64,000 nucleotides of DNA from an uncultured Clostridia bacterium (GCA_944358655.1 CALVRO010000008.1:320-64319); one strand, 5' to 3'. Positions 52,939-62,782 are shown, numbered from the stretch's first letter. The notes: generated from the sequence alone by a model not told the origin. Numbers and translations: made by a program.

Positions 52939-55900
52939 ATGTATCAAGCAACAAAATCGAAAAAAACCGCTCGTTTTGTCGCTGCAACGCTGTCGGCGGC
53001 GTTATTGTTGAGCAGTGCGGCTCTCGTAAACGTCAACATCGCCAGCGCAGATGAGGGCGAACCGCTGTTCGTTTCCGACTACAGCAGCAAGGCCGAGGCG
53101 GTGCAGGCCGGTCTCGACCTCAATCTGCAGATCGCCGAAGAGGGAATGATCTTAGTGAAGAACGTGAACAATGCTCTTCCCGTGGCTACGACGGCTGCGA
53201 ACAAGACCAAAGTGACGGTTTTAGGCTATGCGGGCGTCAATCCCAATGCAGGCGCAAGCGCCAACGGCGGCGACTCTTCGGCAGGCTCGGCTATCGCGCT
53301 CGAAAACGTTTACGGCAGTCTCGAACAGGCCAACTACGAGCTCAATCCCATCGTCAAGGCTCAGTATGAGGCGTGGAACAAGATGGCGGACGCCGAAGGC
53401 AAGCTCATAGCTGCCTCCGATTCTGCAATAGCCAACCTTTCGGGCGCAGACAGCTTTGCCGAAAAGGCGAAGGGCTGGACAAACCTCGACGAATATGGTA
53501 CGGCGTTCGTAGTGCTCTCCAAGGGCGCTAACGCGACGGGCGACGGCGAGGGCGAGAGGGTGCACTCCCTTCAGCTCGACGAGGAACAGTTCGATCTCGT
53601 CGATTACGCCGTAGAAAACTTCGATAAGGTAGTAGTGCTCGTCAACAGCTGCACACCCATAGAACTCCAGGCAATAAATAACAATACGGGCGTAGACGCC
53701 ATAGTCATGATAGGTGAACCGGGCGACAACGGCTTTGCCGCGCTCGGCAAGGTGCTCAACGGTACCGTCAATCCTTCCGGCCGCCTCACCGATACCTGGG
53801 CGGTAGATTTTACAAAGAATCCTTCCTATGTCAACTTCAATGCAGCCGCCGGCACCGACATCATGGGTGCGGGCAACCCTTGGGGCACGGACGGCAACGG
53901 CCAGGAGGTGGGCTATACCAAGTACACCGTCAACGGTGAAGAGGTGGATACCTGGGCTGTAGGCTACGAAGAGGGCATCTATGTAGGATATCGCTGGTAC
54001 GAAACGGCCTACGCCGAGATCGCCGCCGGCAATTACGCACCCACTGGCTATACCGCGGCCGACGCCGACGATTGGTATGCCGACAGCGTGGTATATCCCT
54101 TCGGCTACGGCATGTCCTATACTACCTTCGATTGGGAAGTGTTCCCCGTTCAGGCCGACGGCGCTATAGCAAAGGGCGATACCCTTGTCTACGACGTCAG
54201 AGTGACCAACACCGGCGCCGTTGCGGGCAAGGAAGTAGTCCAGCTCTATTACACGGCTCCCTATACCGAGGGCGGGATAGAAAAAGCCGCCGTCAACCTC
54301 GGCGACTTTGCCAAGACCGATATCCTTGCCCCCGGCGAGAGCCAGGTGGTAAGACTTGAGATCGCCGTAAACGATATGGCGTCCTACGACGAGGTCACCG
54401 ATAAGACGTATGTGCTCGACGCGGGCAACTACGTTATCAATATTGCCGCAAACGCTCACGAAGCGACGGTGGGTGCAGAGGACAAATATACTTATAACCT
54501 CGCCGTAAAGGCGCTCGTCGACACGGCCGTCACCGGCAACGAGGTCACTAACCAGCTCGACGACGTCACCCAAGGCTTCAACGAGGAATACACGGCTCTC
54601 TCCCGCGAAGATTTCGCGGCCACCATGCCCGATACTCCCGACGCGACCAGAGCCATAACCGAGGCCGAATACGCCGAGTTTGCGTTTGAAAACGGCGACT
54701 TCGACGACAAGTATGCCGCCGATCTCGACGTAACGTACGCAACGACGACGGAGGGCAGGGAGGATAAGTACGAGATAATCCTCTCCGACATGATAGGCGC
54801 CGACGCCGACGATCCCCGCTTCATGGAGATGGTCGAGCAGCTCACCATAGAGGAGATGGTAGAGTTCATCAACGGCGGCGGCTTCCATTCGCTTGCAATA
54901 GATTACCTCGGCGTTCCCTATGCGCACAACACCGACGGCCCCAAGGGCTGGACAGGATCGGGCGTAGACGCAAACGACCGCTTCAATTACTTCTCGTCCG
55001 AACCCATGATAGCCGCTACTTACAACAAGGAGCTGTTCTATGAAATGGGTCTCATGATAGGCGAACAGGGCCTTTGGGGCAACAGCACGCAGGAGAGCGG
55101 CACGGCCTATTCCTACACCGGCTGGTACGCTCCCGGCATGAACATCCACCGCTCGCCTTTCGACAGCCGCTACACCGAGTACTACTCCGAAGATCCCGTT
55201 CTTACGGGCATGACGGCTGCCAATATCTCGCTCGGCGCTAAGGAAAAGGGCTGCTACATAACCATGAAGCACTTCGCTTTCCATAACGACGGCGGCGGCG
55301 CTTCCACCTACCGCGCGGGCGCCATCTCGGCAGACAGCAATCCCGAAGCCGGTCTCGCCGCATGGATGACCGAACAGACCGCCCGTGAGATCTACCTCAA
55401 GGGCTACCAGATCTGCACCGAGGACGGCGAGGCGACCTATGTAATGGGCTCCTTCACCCGTATAGGCAACACATGGTGCGGCGGCTCCTATGCCATTAAC
55501 AAGGCCATACTCCGCGACGAATGGGGCTTCAAGGGCGCAATGGTAACGGATATAGTTCTCTATAACTCCGTCAACGCATATCAGCTTGTCACCTCGGGCG
55601 GCGGCCTCATGCTCACCGGCTTTATGGGCGGCATCTATCTCGACGCGGCTGCGATCAACGCCATGGAAGATGGCAAGACCAAGGATGTCATCATCTACGG
55701 TATGCAGCAGAGCATAGCGCAGAACCTCTACATGGTCGCCAACTCCAATGCCATGCAGATACCCAAGGGCGCAAAGATAATTTACGACCCCACTACCAAG
55801 AACGAATTCGACGAGGACGTCGAACTGACTCTTGCCGACGCAAAGCAGGGCGAGGCTTACACTTCCGTGAATATCGCCGTCGCCACATACAATACAAACT

Positions 55901-56268
55901 ACAACTACGACAGAGATATCACTTACACCGTAACGGGTCTGCCCGCAGGTCTTACGTTCAACGCTCAGACGGGCGTGATCTCCGGCACTCCCACCATGTC
56001 GGGCGACTTCGAAGTGGTAGTCACGGCCTCCGCCGAAGGCTACGAGAGCGCCACGCATGTGTTCGACCTCACCGTCGAAGCGGTTGAGGAGCCCGATGTC
56101 GATCCCGGCCCCGGCCCCGATGTCGATCCCGGCCCCGATGTCGATCCCGAACCCGACACCGATACCGATGAGGGCGGATGCGGCTCGTTCATCGGCGGCG
56201 TAACGGCATTTGCCGCTGCCATCCCCGTCATTGCGGCTGTAGCTTATATCCGCAGAAAGAGGTCGTAA
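52939..56268 (+). CDS. Secreted glycoside hydrolase family 3 (GH3-C), permuted order, one He_PIG Ig repeat, GCGS/TM/basic tail
   Basis: RBS AGGAGGG before the ATG at 52939 (the ORF-track start at 52669 was rejected). Signal peptide ...AALLLSSAALVNVNIASA. MILVKNVNNALPV ... GYGMSYTTF ... RVTNTGAVAGKEVVQLYY ... GMNIHRSPFDSRYTEYYSED, KHFAFHN, GAMVTDI. LPAGLTFNAQTGVISGTPT. The tail is DEGGCGS + TM + RRKRS. Confidence 0.92.
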   Translation: MYQATKSKKTARFVAATLSAALLLSSAALVNVNIASADEGEPLFVSDYSSKAEAVQAGLDLNLQIAEEGMILVKNVNNALPVATTAANKTKVTVLGYAGVNPNAGASANGGDSSAGSAIALENVYGSLEQANYELNPIVKAQYEAWNKMADAEGKLIAASDSAIANLSGADSFAEKAKGWTNLDEYGTAFVVLSKGANATGDGEGERVHSLQLDEEQFDLVDYAVENFDKVVVLVNSCTPIELQAINNNTGVDAIVMIGEPGDNGFAALGKVLNGTVNPSGRLTDTWAVDFTKNPSYVNFNAAAGTDIMGAGNPWGTDGNGQEVGYTKYTVNGEEVDTWAVGYEEGIYVGYRWYETAYAEIAAGNYAPTGYTAADADDWYADSVVYPFGYGMSYTTFDWEVFPVQADGAIAKGDTLVYDVRVTNTGAVAGKEVVQLYYTAPYTEGGIEKAAVNLGDFAKTDILAPGESQVVRLEIAVNDMASYDEVTDKTYVLDAGNYVINIAANAHEATVGAEDKYTYNLAVKALVDTAVTGNEVTNQLDDVTQGFNEEYTALSREDFAATMPDTPDATRAITEAEYAEFAFENGDFDDKYAADLDVTYATTTEGREDKYEIILSDMIGADADDPRFMEMVEQLTIEEMVEFINGGGFHSLAIDYLGVPYAHNTDGPKGWTGSGVDANDRFNYFSSEPMIAATYNKELFYEMGLMIGEQGLWGNSTQESGTAYSYTGWYAPGMNIHRSPFDSRYTEYYSEDPVLTGMTAANISLGAKEKGCYITMKHFAFHNDGGGASTYRAGAISADSNPEAGLAAWMTEQTAREIYLKGYQICTEDGEATYVMGSFTRIGNTWCGGSYAINKAILRDEWGFKGAMVTDIVLYNSVNAYQLVTSGGGLMLTGFMGGIYLDAAAINAMEDGKTKDVIIYGMQQSIAQNLYMVANSNAMQIPKGAKIIYDPTTKNEFDEDVELTLADAKQGEAYTSVNIAVATYNTNYNYDRDITYTVTGLPAGLTFNAQTGVISGTPTMSGDFEVVVTASAEGYESATHVFDLTVEAVEEPDVDPGPGPDVDPGPDVDPEPDTDTDEGGCGSFIGGVTAFAAAIPVIAAVAYIRRKRS
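56092..56165 (+). repeat. In-frame ~18-bp tandem repeat (PDVDPG)n linker
   Basis: cccgatgtcgatcccggc occurs about three times, encoding PDVDPGPGPDVDPGPDVDPEPDTDTD just before the GCGS tail. Confidence 0.85.
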
Positions 56269-56431
56269 TATCCCGTCTTGAATGAGGGATACGTCATCTC
56301 AAAACATGCTCCCGCCCCGCCGCGCAGGCGGCGGGGCGGGCAAAAAAAGGAAAAACGACCCTGAAGCTGCGGCTCCGCCGCAGCTAAACGGGCTTTTGAT
56401 ACTAATTTGTCTTTAAAGGAGTTACAACATA

Positions 56432-57112
56432 ATGAAACTGTTAAAAAAACTTGCCATGGCTGTAATAGCTCTGTGCATGGTAGGCTCCGTATTTGCGTTC
56501 GCGGCTTGCGGCAACGGAGATGAGGGCGGCGATAACGGCGGCAACGAAAACAACAACGGCCAGACCGGCGGCGGGGAAGAAGAGGGAGAGCCTCCCGCAG
56601 GCGAGGGCTCGAATCTGCGGTTCGAGGCAGAGCACACCGACGTTTCCGAGCTTTTAGGCTTCGGCCCTTCCGGTTCGCCCGTGGGGCTCGGCCTCATTCA
56701 GAGGAACGCCTCCGCCAGCGGCGGCGCCTATCTCGCCTATCTCGGCGAGAACAGCCCCGTCACCTTCACGCTTACGGCGTCGGCCGAGGTCACGGGCGCG
56801 CTCCGCATAAGGGTGGGCAGCAATTCCCTCGGCACATGCACATGGGATCCTCAGTCGCTGGTCATCACCGTAAACGACCAACCAGTAAGTTATTCGGCGT
56901 TTGAAACGTCCAACGGCGACGGGCAGAACTTTAAAACCGTTCTCCTCGGCGACGTCACGCTCAACGAGGGCGAAAACGAGATAGTGTTCGTCGCGGGCGA
57001 CAACAAATATCTCAACAACCTTCCTTCGGCTCCCTCGCTGGACTACATAATGCTGACAACAACGTCCTCTGCCACCGTCGAAATGGAATACTTTGCAAAC
57101 GGGCTTTCGTAA
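56432..57112 (+). CDS. Lipoprotein with a Gly/Asn/Glu-rich linker and a CBM6/35-like domain (paralog of 45252-46181)
   Basis: Signal plus lipobox VFAFAAC, an acidic/Gly linker, then LRFEAEHTDV...GGAYLAYLG...LDYIMLTT. RBS AAAGGAG. Confidence 0.78.
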   Translation: MKLLKKLAMAVIALCMVGSVFAFAACGNGDEGGDNGGNENNNGQTGGGEEEGEPPAGEGSNLRFEAEHTDVSELLGFGPSGSPVGLGLIQRNASASGGAYLAYLGENSPVTFTLTASAEVTGALRIRVGSNSLGTCTWDPQSLVITVNDQPVSYSAFETSNGDGQNFKTVLLGDVTLNEGENEIVFVAGDNKYLNNLPSAPSLDYIMLTTTSSATVEMEYFANGLS

Positions 57113-57139
57113 ACCTTTGTATCCGAGAGGTGACCGTAC

Positions 57140-60100
57140 ATGAAATTTATCTGGAAACATCTCGCAACGCGCGTGTGGATGATAGTTTCGAGCATACTGC
57201 TCGTGCTTGCCGTCGTCATAACGTGCGTTCTGACCACCGTTCCGATCGTCGGCAACTCGCTGTCGCTCGTGTTCGGCGGCGAACGCGCCAACATTGTTGA
57301 AGACCACAGGGACGAGCTGTACGACAGGGAATTCAAGAGCAAGGATGAGGCCCGCGCCGCGGCCGAAGACTTCGTGATCGAAGTCGAAAAGGAGGGCGCC
57401 ATTCTTCTCAAGAACGAAAACGGCGCTCTGCCCCTCGCGGGGCAATCCCCCGCCGTGTCGGTTTTCGGTAAAAATTCCGTAAATCTCGTCTACACGGGTT
57501 CGGGTTCGGCAAACTCGTCGGGCGGCGCAAACAAAACGCTGTACGAAAGTCTTGAAGCCGCGGGCATAACATATAATCCCACGCTCAAATCCTTCTACGA
57601 AAATTCCTCCCGTTCGGGCAGCGGTCGTCCCGCAAATCCTGGCATGAATTCCGGCCAGCGCATCTCCGGCTTCGGCGTGGGCGAAACTCCTGTCGCGTCC
57701 TACGGCGGCGATATAACTTCCTCGTATGCCGAATACGACGACGCCGCAATAGTCGTCATCTCCCGTATCGGCGGCGAGGGCTGGGATCTTCCCCGCACCA
57801 TGCTCACCTCGTTCGGCGGCGAGCCCATGGAGGAGGCCGCCTCGGCGGACAGCCACTATCTCGAACTCAACAAGCACGAAATTGCCCTGCTCGATCACGT
57901 TAAATCGCACTTCGATACTGTCATAGTCCTCCTCAACACGGGCACCACCATGGAGATGGGGGCGATACAGAGCGACGAGGGTATAGACGCGGTGCTGTGG
58001 ATGGGCTATCCCGGCGCCACGGGCGTTATGGCCATAGGTCAGCTCCTCAGGGGCGTGGATGAAAGCGGCGCCGAGCTCAGTCCTTCGGGCTACACCACCG
58101 ATACATGGGCGGCCGACTTCACGGCCGATCCTTCGTGGTATAACTCCACCATATACGACCCCGCGTGGAAGCTTGGGGACGACGACGCCGAAGGGCACGG
58201 CAACCGCTATCTCTACCGCAACAGGGACGGCGAACTCAGAAAGTCGTTCTATGCCTTCGTCAACTACGAAGAGGGCGTCTATGTGGGCTACCGCTATTGG
58301 GAGACGCGCGGCTATGAGGAGCTGCAGGATGATCCCGCCTCCACATGGTACGCCGAAAACGTAATATATCCCTTCGGCTACGGCCTCTCGTACACCACGT
58401 TCGAGTGGGACGTTACCTTCTCGGCGGCCGACGGCTCGGCCATAAACGGCGACAGCACGATAACTGCCGAGGTCACCGTCACCAACACGGGCGACTATGC
58501 CGGCAAGGACGTCGTTCAGCTCTACTACACGGCGCCCTACATTGCGGGACAAATTGAAAAACCCTACGTCGTTCTGGGCGACTTCGCAAAGACGCCCACT
58601 CTCTATCCTGCGGACGAGGCGGGCGAGGACAGACCCAACAGCTGCACGCTCACTCTGTCGATAGACGCGCGCGACATGGCCTCCTACGACTATGCCAACA
58701 TGAACAAAAACGACAGCGCGTGCTATGAACTTGACCCCGGCGACTACACCGTCAGCATACGTTCGGACGCGCATACTGCCGAGGCAAGCGCAACTTACGC
58801 GCTCTCCGAAGAGGTCATTTACGATACCGACACCGACGCGCGCGGCAACGAAGTGACTATAGAAAACCGCTTTGACGACGTCAGCGCGGGCCTCAATGGC
58901 GACTGGACTTATGATTCCTTCGTAAAGCGCAGCGATTTTGCCGGCACGCTTCCTTCGGGCTACATCTCCGAAGAGGAGCGCACCCTCACCGACGACCAGA
59001 AGGCGGCCCTCGATAAGAGCGCCAACTCCTTCGACTACACCGATTCGGACGAGGGTAAGCCCTGGCAGGTAACGGGCGAAGGGCCCTCGACCACGCCCGT
59101 GGATAACGGCCTGTCCCTAAGAGATCTGCTGTATGACGACAACGGCGAGTATGTTGGCGAGGTCGACTTCGACGATCCCCGCTGGGAAGATCTTCTGGAT
59201 GAGATCCCCCTTGCCGAAATGAAGGAACTTGTAGGCTACGCCGCCTTCCGTACGGGGCCCGTGGACGGCATAAACGGCGTCGTCGCCAAACCCGCCACCA
59301 CCGATTCCGACGGCCCTTCGGGCTTTACCAGCTTTGTCAGCGAATCGGTAATCAACGGTACCTGTTCCTATCAGGGCGAATGTGTCATGGGTGCTACCTG
59401 GAACGTCGAACTCGCGGAGAGGATGGGTCAGCTCGTCGGCGAGGAGGCCCTCGCCGGCAACGAAAAGGGCGACGGCATGCCCTACACCGGCTGGTACGCC
59501 CCCGCCGTAAACATCCACCGCTCGCAATTCGGCGGCCGCAACTGGGAGTACTATTCAGAGGACGGCCTGCTCTCCGGCAAGCTTGCCGCAGGCGTCGTCA
59601 CGGGCGCGAAGGAAAAGGGCGTTGTGTGCTATCTCAAACACTTTGCCGTCAACGATCAGGAGACCGACCGCGAATTCAACGGCATACTCGTATGGGCCAA
59701 CGAACAGGCTATACGCGAAATTTATCTTAAGCCCTTCGAAATAGCCGTAAAGGAGGGAGGAGCTTCCGGTATGATGTCCTCCTTCAACCGCATAGGCATG
59801 ACGTGGACTGGCGGCAGTTACGCGCTTCTCACCGAGATACTGCGCGACGAATGGGGATTCCGCGGGTCTGTCATCACCGACTACAGCATGAACCTGTACA
59901 CGCAGGTCGACCTGATGATACGCGCCGGTGGCGACCTCTTCCTCACGCAGGACACTAAGATCTTCGCCAAGCCCGACGACGCAACGCAGGTAACGCTCCT
60001 GCGCAACGCCACAAAGAATATTTTGTACAACACGGTCAACAGCAACGTTATGAGCGTGGTGGTGGACGGCTATAAACTGCCCATATGGCAGGTCGTGCTC

Positions 60101-60199
60101 ATCTGCGCCGACGTGGCCGTCGTCGTGGGCATTGCCGCATGGGGCGTAGGCGTAATACTCGCCGCAAGGAAGAAGGACGGTTCCGGTAATGCGGGCTGA
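57140..60199 (+). CDS. Membrane-bound glycoside hydrolase family 3 (GH3-D) with N- and C-terminal TM helices
   Basis: N-terminal TM VWMIVSSILLVLAVVITCVL. AILLKNENGALPL ... GYGLSYTTF ... VTVTNTGDYAGKDVVQLYY ... AVNIHRSQFGGRNWEYYSED, KHFAVNDQE, GSVITDY. C-terminal TM LPIWQVVLICADVAVVVGIAAWGVGVIL followed by AARKKD. Confidence 0.92.
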   Translation: MKFIWKHLATRVWMIVSSILLVLAVVITCVLTTVPIVGNSLSLVFGGERANIVEDHRDELYDREFKSKDEARAAAEDFVIEVEKEGAILLKNENGALPLAGQSPAVSVFGKNSVNLVYTGSGSANSSGGANKTLYESLEAAGITYNPTLKSFYENSSRSGSGRPANPGMNSGQRISGFGVGETPVASYGGDITSSYAEYDDAAIVVISRIGGEGWDLPRTMLTSFGGEPMEEAASADSHYLELNKHEIALLDHVKSHFDTVIVLLNTGTTMEMGAIQSDEGIDAVLWMGYPGATGVMAIGQLLRGVDESGAELSPSGYTTDTWAADFTADPSWYNSTIYDPAWKLGDDDAEGHGNRYLYRNRDGELRKSFYAFVNYEEGVYVGYRYWETRGYEELQDDPASTWYAENVIYPFGYGLSYTTFEWDVTFSAADGSAINGDSTITAEVTVTNTGDYAGKDVVQLYYTAPYIAGQIEKPYVVLGDFAKTPTLYPADEAGEDRPNSCTLTLSIDARDMASYDYANMNKNDSACYELDPGDYTVSIRSDAHTAEASATYALSEEVIYDTDTDARGNEVTIENRFDDVSAGLNGDWTYDSFVKRSDFAGTLPSGYISEEERTLTDDQKAALDKSANSFDYTDSDEGKPWQVTGEGPSTTPVDNGLSLRDLLYDDNGEYVGEVDFDDPRWEDLLDEIPLAEMKELVGYAAFRTGPVDGINGVVAKPATTDSDGPSGFTSFVSESVINGTCSYQGECVMGATWNVELAERMGQLVGEEALAGNEKGDGMPYTGWYAPAVNIHRSQFGGRNWEYYSEDGLLSGKLAAGVVTGAKEKGVVCYLKHFAVNDQETDREFNGILVWANEQAIREIYLKPFEIAVKEGGASGMMSSFNRIGMTWTGGSYALLTEILRDEWGFRGSVITDYSMNLYTQVDLMIRAGGDLFLTQDTKIFAKPDDATQVTLLRNATKNILYNTVNSNVMSVVVDGYKLPIWQVVLICADVAVVVGIAAWGVGVILAARKKDGSGNAG

Positions 60200-60351
60200 C
60201 TTTTCTCCGCAAGGCACAATAAATAGTTAACGGTAACGGTATGCTCCGCTTTCAAGGGGCATACCGTAAGCTGCTGTTAGGGGAATTTGATTTTTGTATA
60301 AAAACCGCTCTTCGGCCGAAGGGCGGGGAATGCGGCTTAACTGGAGGATAT

Positions 60352-61056
60352 ATGCTCAATATAGCAATAGTCGAGGACGACGCCGCGGACGCGGAACTGC
60401 TTAAGAGTCACATAAAAAAATACGAAGCCGAGACGGGCACGGCGATGAAAGTGCAGGTCTTTCGCGACGGGGAACTCTTTCTTCTCAACTATAAAACGCA
60501 CTTCGATATCGTCTTTATGGATATCAAACTCGTCGGCATAGACGGGATGGAGGCTGCCCGCAGGCTGCGTACCATCGATCAGAAGATAGTCATAGTCTTT
60601 GTAACCAGCATGGCTCAGTACGCCATAAAGGGTTACGAGGTCGACGCCTGCGATTTCGTAGTAAAGCCGCTCTCTTATGCCGATTTTTACATAAAGATGC
60701 GCAGGGCGGTCGAGCGCGTCAAAAAGGATGATACCGACATGATAACCGTCAAGGCGCCAGGTAATATCGTAAAGATCTCCGCGTCGTCCGTCTACTATGT
60801 CGAAGTGATCAAGCACGACCTCATCTGGCATACAGTCGGCGGCGAGATCAGGTCGCATGGCACCATGCGCGAGGTGGAGGAAATGCTGCGCCCTTTTTCC
60901 TTCTACAGGGTGCACCACAGCTATCTGGTAAATCTCGCCTATGTGTTTGCCGTTCGCGGCGACACCATAACCGTCAACGACGTTACAATAAACATCAGTC
61001 GTGCCAAGAAGGGGGATTTCATGGCGAAGTTTGCGCAATTTGCCAAAAAGAGGTGA
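60352..61056 (+). CDS. LytTR-family response regulator (TCS-2)
   Basis: MLNIAIVEDDAAD..., DIVFMDIKL, and a LytTR C-terminus (YYVEVIKHDLIWHT...FYRVHHSYLVNL). RBS GGAGGA. The ORF-track start at 60241 was rejected. Confidence 0.92.
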   Translation: MLNIAIVEDDAADAELLKSHIKKYEAETGTAMKVQVFRDGELFLLNYKTHFDIVFMDIKLVGIDGMEAARRLRTIDQKIVIVFVTSMAQYAIKGYEVDACDFVVKPLSYADFYIKMRRAVERVKKDDTDMITVKAPGNIVKISASSVYYVEVIKHDLIWHTVGGEIRSHGTMREVEEMLRPFSFYRVHHSYLVNLAYVFAVRGDTITVNDVTINISRAKKGDFMAKFAQFAKKR

Positions 61057-61060
61057 CGCG

Positions 61061-62422
61061 ATGGACACCCTGTTTATCGTAGAGGAGTGGAGGTTCATTC
61101 TCGAACTGCTCTGCGCCGAATTCATATTCGTAACGCCGTCGGCTCGCAAACGGCCGCGGTTTGTCCTGCGCGCCGCTGCGGGCGTGGCGGTATGTATGGC
61201 GATAGCCCTGCTCTATTGGTTCATATGGGAAGCAAGTATAACCGTTTACGCGGTGAATATGGTTGCGCACATAGGCTGGTATATCTTCATGACGGGATGT
61301 TCGATGGCCTGCATGGTATTTTGCTACCGCATTTCGCCCGGCTGGCTGCTCTTTTGCGGCATAGCCGGCTATGCCCTGCAGCATGTGGAGTATGTCGCCG
61401 TCAATGAAATATTCGCTCTCGGCATTTGCCCGCAGATACTCGGCAACGTTCCGCTGTATATCGCCCTGATAGCGGGCACATATGCCGCCGTCTGCGTGTG
61501 CGCGGCGCTCATATTCCGCCCCAAGCTCAAAGCTCTGGGTGATATCCCGTTTGCAAAAAAGCCGGTTGCACTCTGTTTTTACAGCCTGCTCCTCGCCATG
61601 CTCATCGCCTCGGCCTTCATGGCGCAGCTGCTCTTCCATAACGGCGGAGGAAAGCCCGTGCAGAATCCCAACTACATCGCCGGCATAGCCGATATCTTCA
61701 ACTGCGTATTCGTGCTGATAATCATGTATGCGTCTTTAAACGTGCGCGAACGGGACAGGCGCAACGACATAATAAACCAGATGCTCATCGCCTCTGCCGA
61801 AAGCTACCGCGTAAAGAAGGAGACGATAGATATCATAAACAGCAAGTGCCATGATTTAAAGCATCAGATAGGCGCGTTGCGCACTCTCTCGCCCGAAGAA
61901 CAGCGGTCGCGCATAGATGAGATCGAAAAGCGCATAATGTTCTACGATCTCTCCGTGGATACGGGGAACGAGGTCATAAATACCATAATCGCCGAAAAAA
62001 TGCTCTACTGCACGGAAAACAACATAAGGCTGTATGTCAGCGGCAACGGCAAAAAGCTGGGTTTTATGGATACCGTCGATCTGTTCACGCTGCTGGGCAA
62101 CGCTCTGGATAACGCCGTGGAGAGTGTGATGCGTTTTAATTCTGGGGACAGGCGCGTAATCAATTTTGCCATGGAAGAACAGGGCGACATCATGCTCATC
62201 CGCATGGATAACTATTACGAAGGCGAAATATCCTTCGTCAACGGCCTGCCGCGCACCAGCAAGGGCGATAATTATTATCACGGCTTCGGACTTTCGAGCA
62301 TACGCAAGATTGCCGAAAAGTACGACGGCGGCATTTCCATAGGTACGGACGGGGGTATATTCACTCTGCAGATCGTCCTCCCCGTGCCCGCCGCAGATGA
62401 CCGGTTAAAAGCAGAAGAATAA
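61061..62422 (+). CDS. GHKL sensor histidine kinase, AgrC/HPK10-like (TCS-2)
   Basis: Polytopic N-terminus. H-box SKCHDLKHQIGAL, N-box LLGNALDNAVES, G-box HGFGLSSIRKIAEKYDG. The ATG at 61061 lies 4 nt after the regulator stop. Confidence 0.88.
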   Translation: MDTLFIVEEWRFILELLCAEFIFVTPSARKRPRFVLRAAAGVAVCMAIALLYWFIWEASITVYAVNMVAHIGWYIFMTGCSMACMVFCYRISPGWLLFCGIAGYALQHVEYVAVNEIFALGICPQILGNVPLYIALIAGTYAAVCVCAALIFRPKLKALGDIPFAKKPVALCFYSLLLAMLIASAFMAQLLFHNGGGKPVQNPNYIAGIADIFNCVFVLIIMYASLNVRERDRRNDIINQMLIASAESYRVKKETIDIINSKCHDLKHQIGALRTLSPEEQRSRIDEIEKRIMFYDLSVDTGNEVINTIIAEKMLYCTENNIRLYVSGNGKKLGFMDTVDLFTLLGNALDNAVESVMRFNSGDRRVINFAMEEQGDIMLIRMDNYYEGEISFVNGLPRTSKGDNYYHGFGLSSIRKIAEKYDGGISIGTDGGIFTLQIVLPVPAADDRLKAEE

Positions 62423-62423
62423 A

Positions 62424-62456
62424 GGCCGCGCCCGTTACGGGCGCGGCCGGCTTTTT
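62424..62456 (+). terminator. Intrinsic terminator after TCS-2
   Basis: GGCCGCGCCCG-ttac-GGGCGCGGCC followed by ggcTTTTT. Confidence 0.82.
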
Positions 62457-62535
62457 GCAACAATAATTGTAAGAGGCTGATTTTTCAGGCGTTCCCCAAA
62501 AGAGAGTTTACCCGTTACCTGTTGTAACAAATAAA

Positions 62536-62712
62536 GGTGCGGGCAAAGAAATATTTATCGGTTCCGTCACCGACCCTTACCAATCGTGCGAAGAAGAGTA
62601 CAAGCGCACCCGCGCCGTCCTCGAACAGTTGCAAGGCAGCAGGGCAAAGCTATATACTGCCATAAAATCAGATTTAATTTTGACAAAATCAAAGTTTTTT
62701 GGATAGAGTATA
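62536..62712 (+). pseudogene. Internal fragment of a radical-SAM (SplB/COG1533-like) gene
   Basis: Translation GAGKEIFIGSVTDPYQSCEEEYKRTRAVLEQLQGSRAKLYTAIKSDLILTKS resembles the mid-section of SplB-like radical SAM proteins (GS.TDPYQP.E..y.lTR..LE.L ... TKS.L). No CxxxCxxC N-terminus or C-terminus is present, and stops flank it on both sides. Confidence 0.35.
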
Positions 62713-62752
62713 GAAAATTTAGTCGGAATACGAAAAAATTTCGACGATGTAC

Positions 62753-62782
62753 TTGACTGCTTATATGGCTTCCTGGTATAAT
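62753..62782 (+). promoter_or_regulatory. Promoter of the second COG1373-type ATPase, bracketed by two identical 21-bp repeats
   Basis: TTGACT, an 18-nt spacer, then TATAAT. AATACGAAAAAATTTCGACGA occurs at 62727-62747 and at 62801-62821. Confidence 0.5.

Noticed and set aside
53221-56058. 945-aa minus-strand ORF. Similar long antisense ORFs occur at 56654-58774, 43142-44851, 41198-42787, 39362-40735, 6507-7574, 11016-12041, 46861-47700 and 61019-61639.
   Set aside because: Each lies entirely antisense to a gene with unmistakable family motifs (GH3, HK, LRR protein). Their products are low-complexity and Arg/Gly/Val/Ala-rich, with no RBS. They are typical shadow ORFs of GC-rich coding DNA.
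56296-56390. GC hairpins after GH3-C (CCCGCCCCGCCGC-gcag-GCGGCGGGGCGGG and AGCTGCGG-ctcc-GCCGCAGCT), considered as a terminator.
   Set aside because: The first is followed by an A-run rather than a U-run on the coding strand. The lipoprotein gene starts only ~40 nt further on with its own RBS, so read-through within the triad is likely. It was left uncalled.
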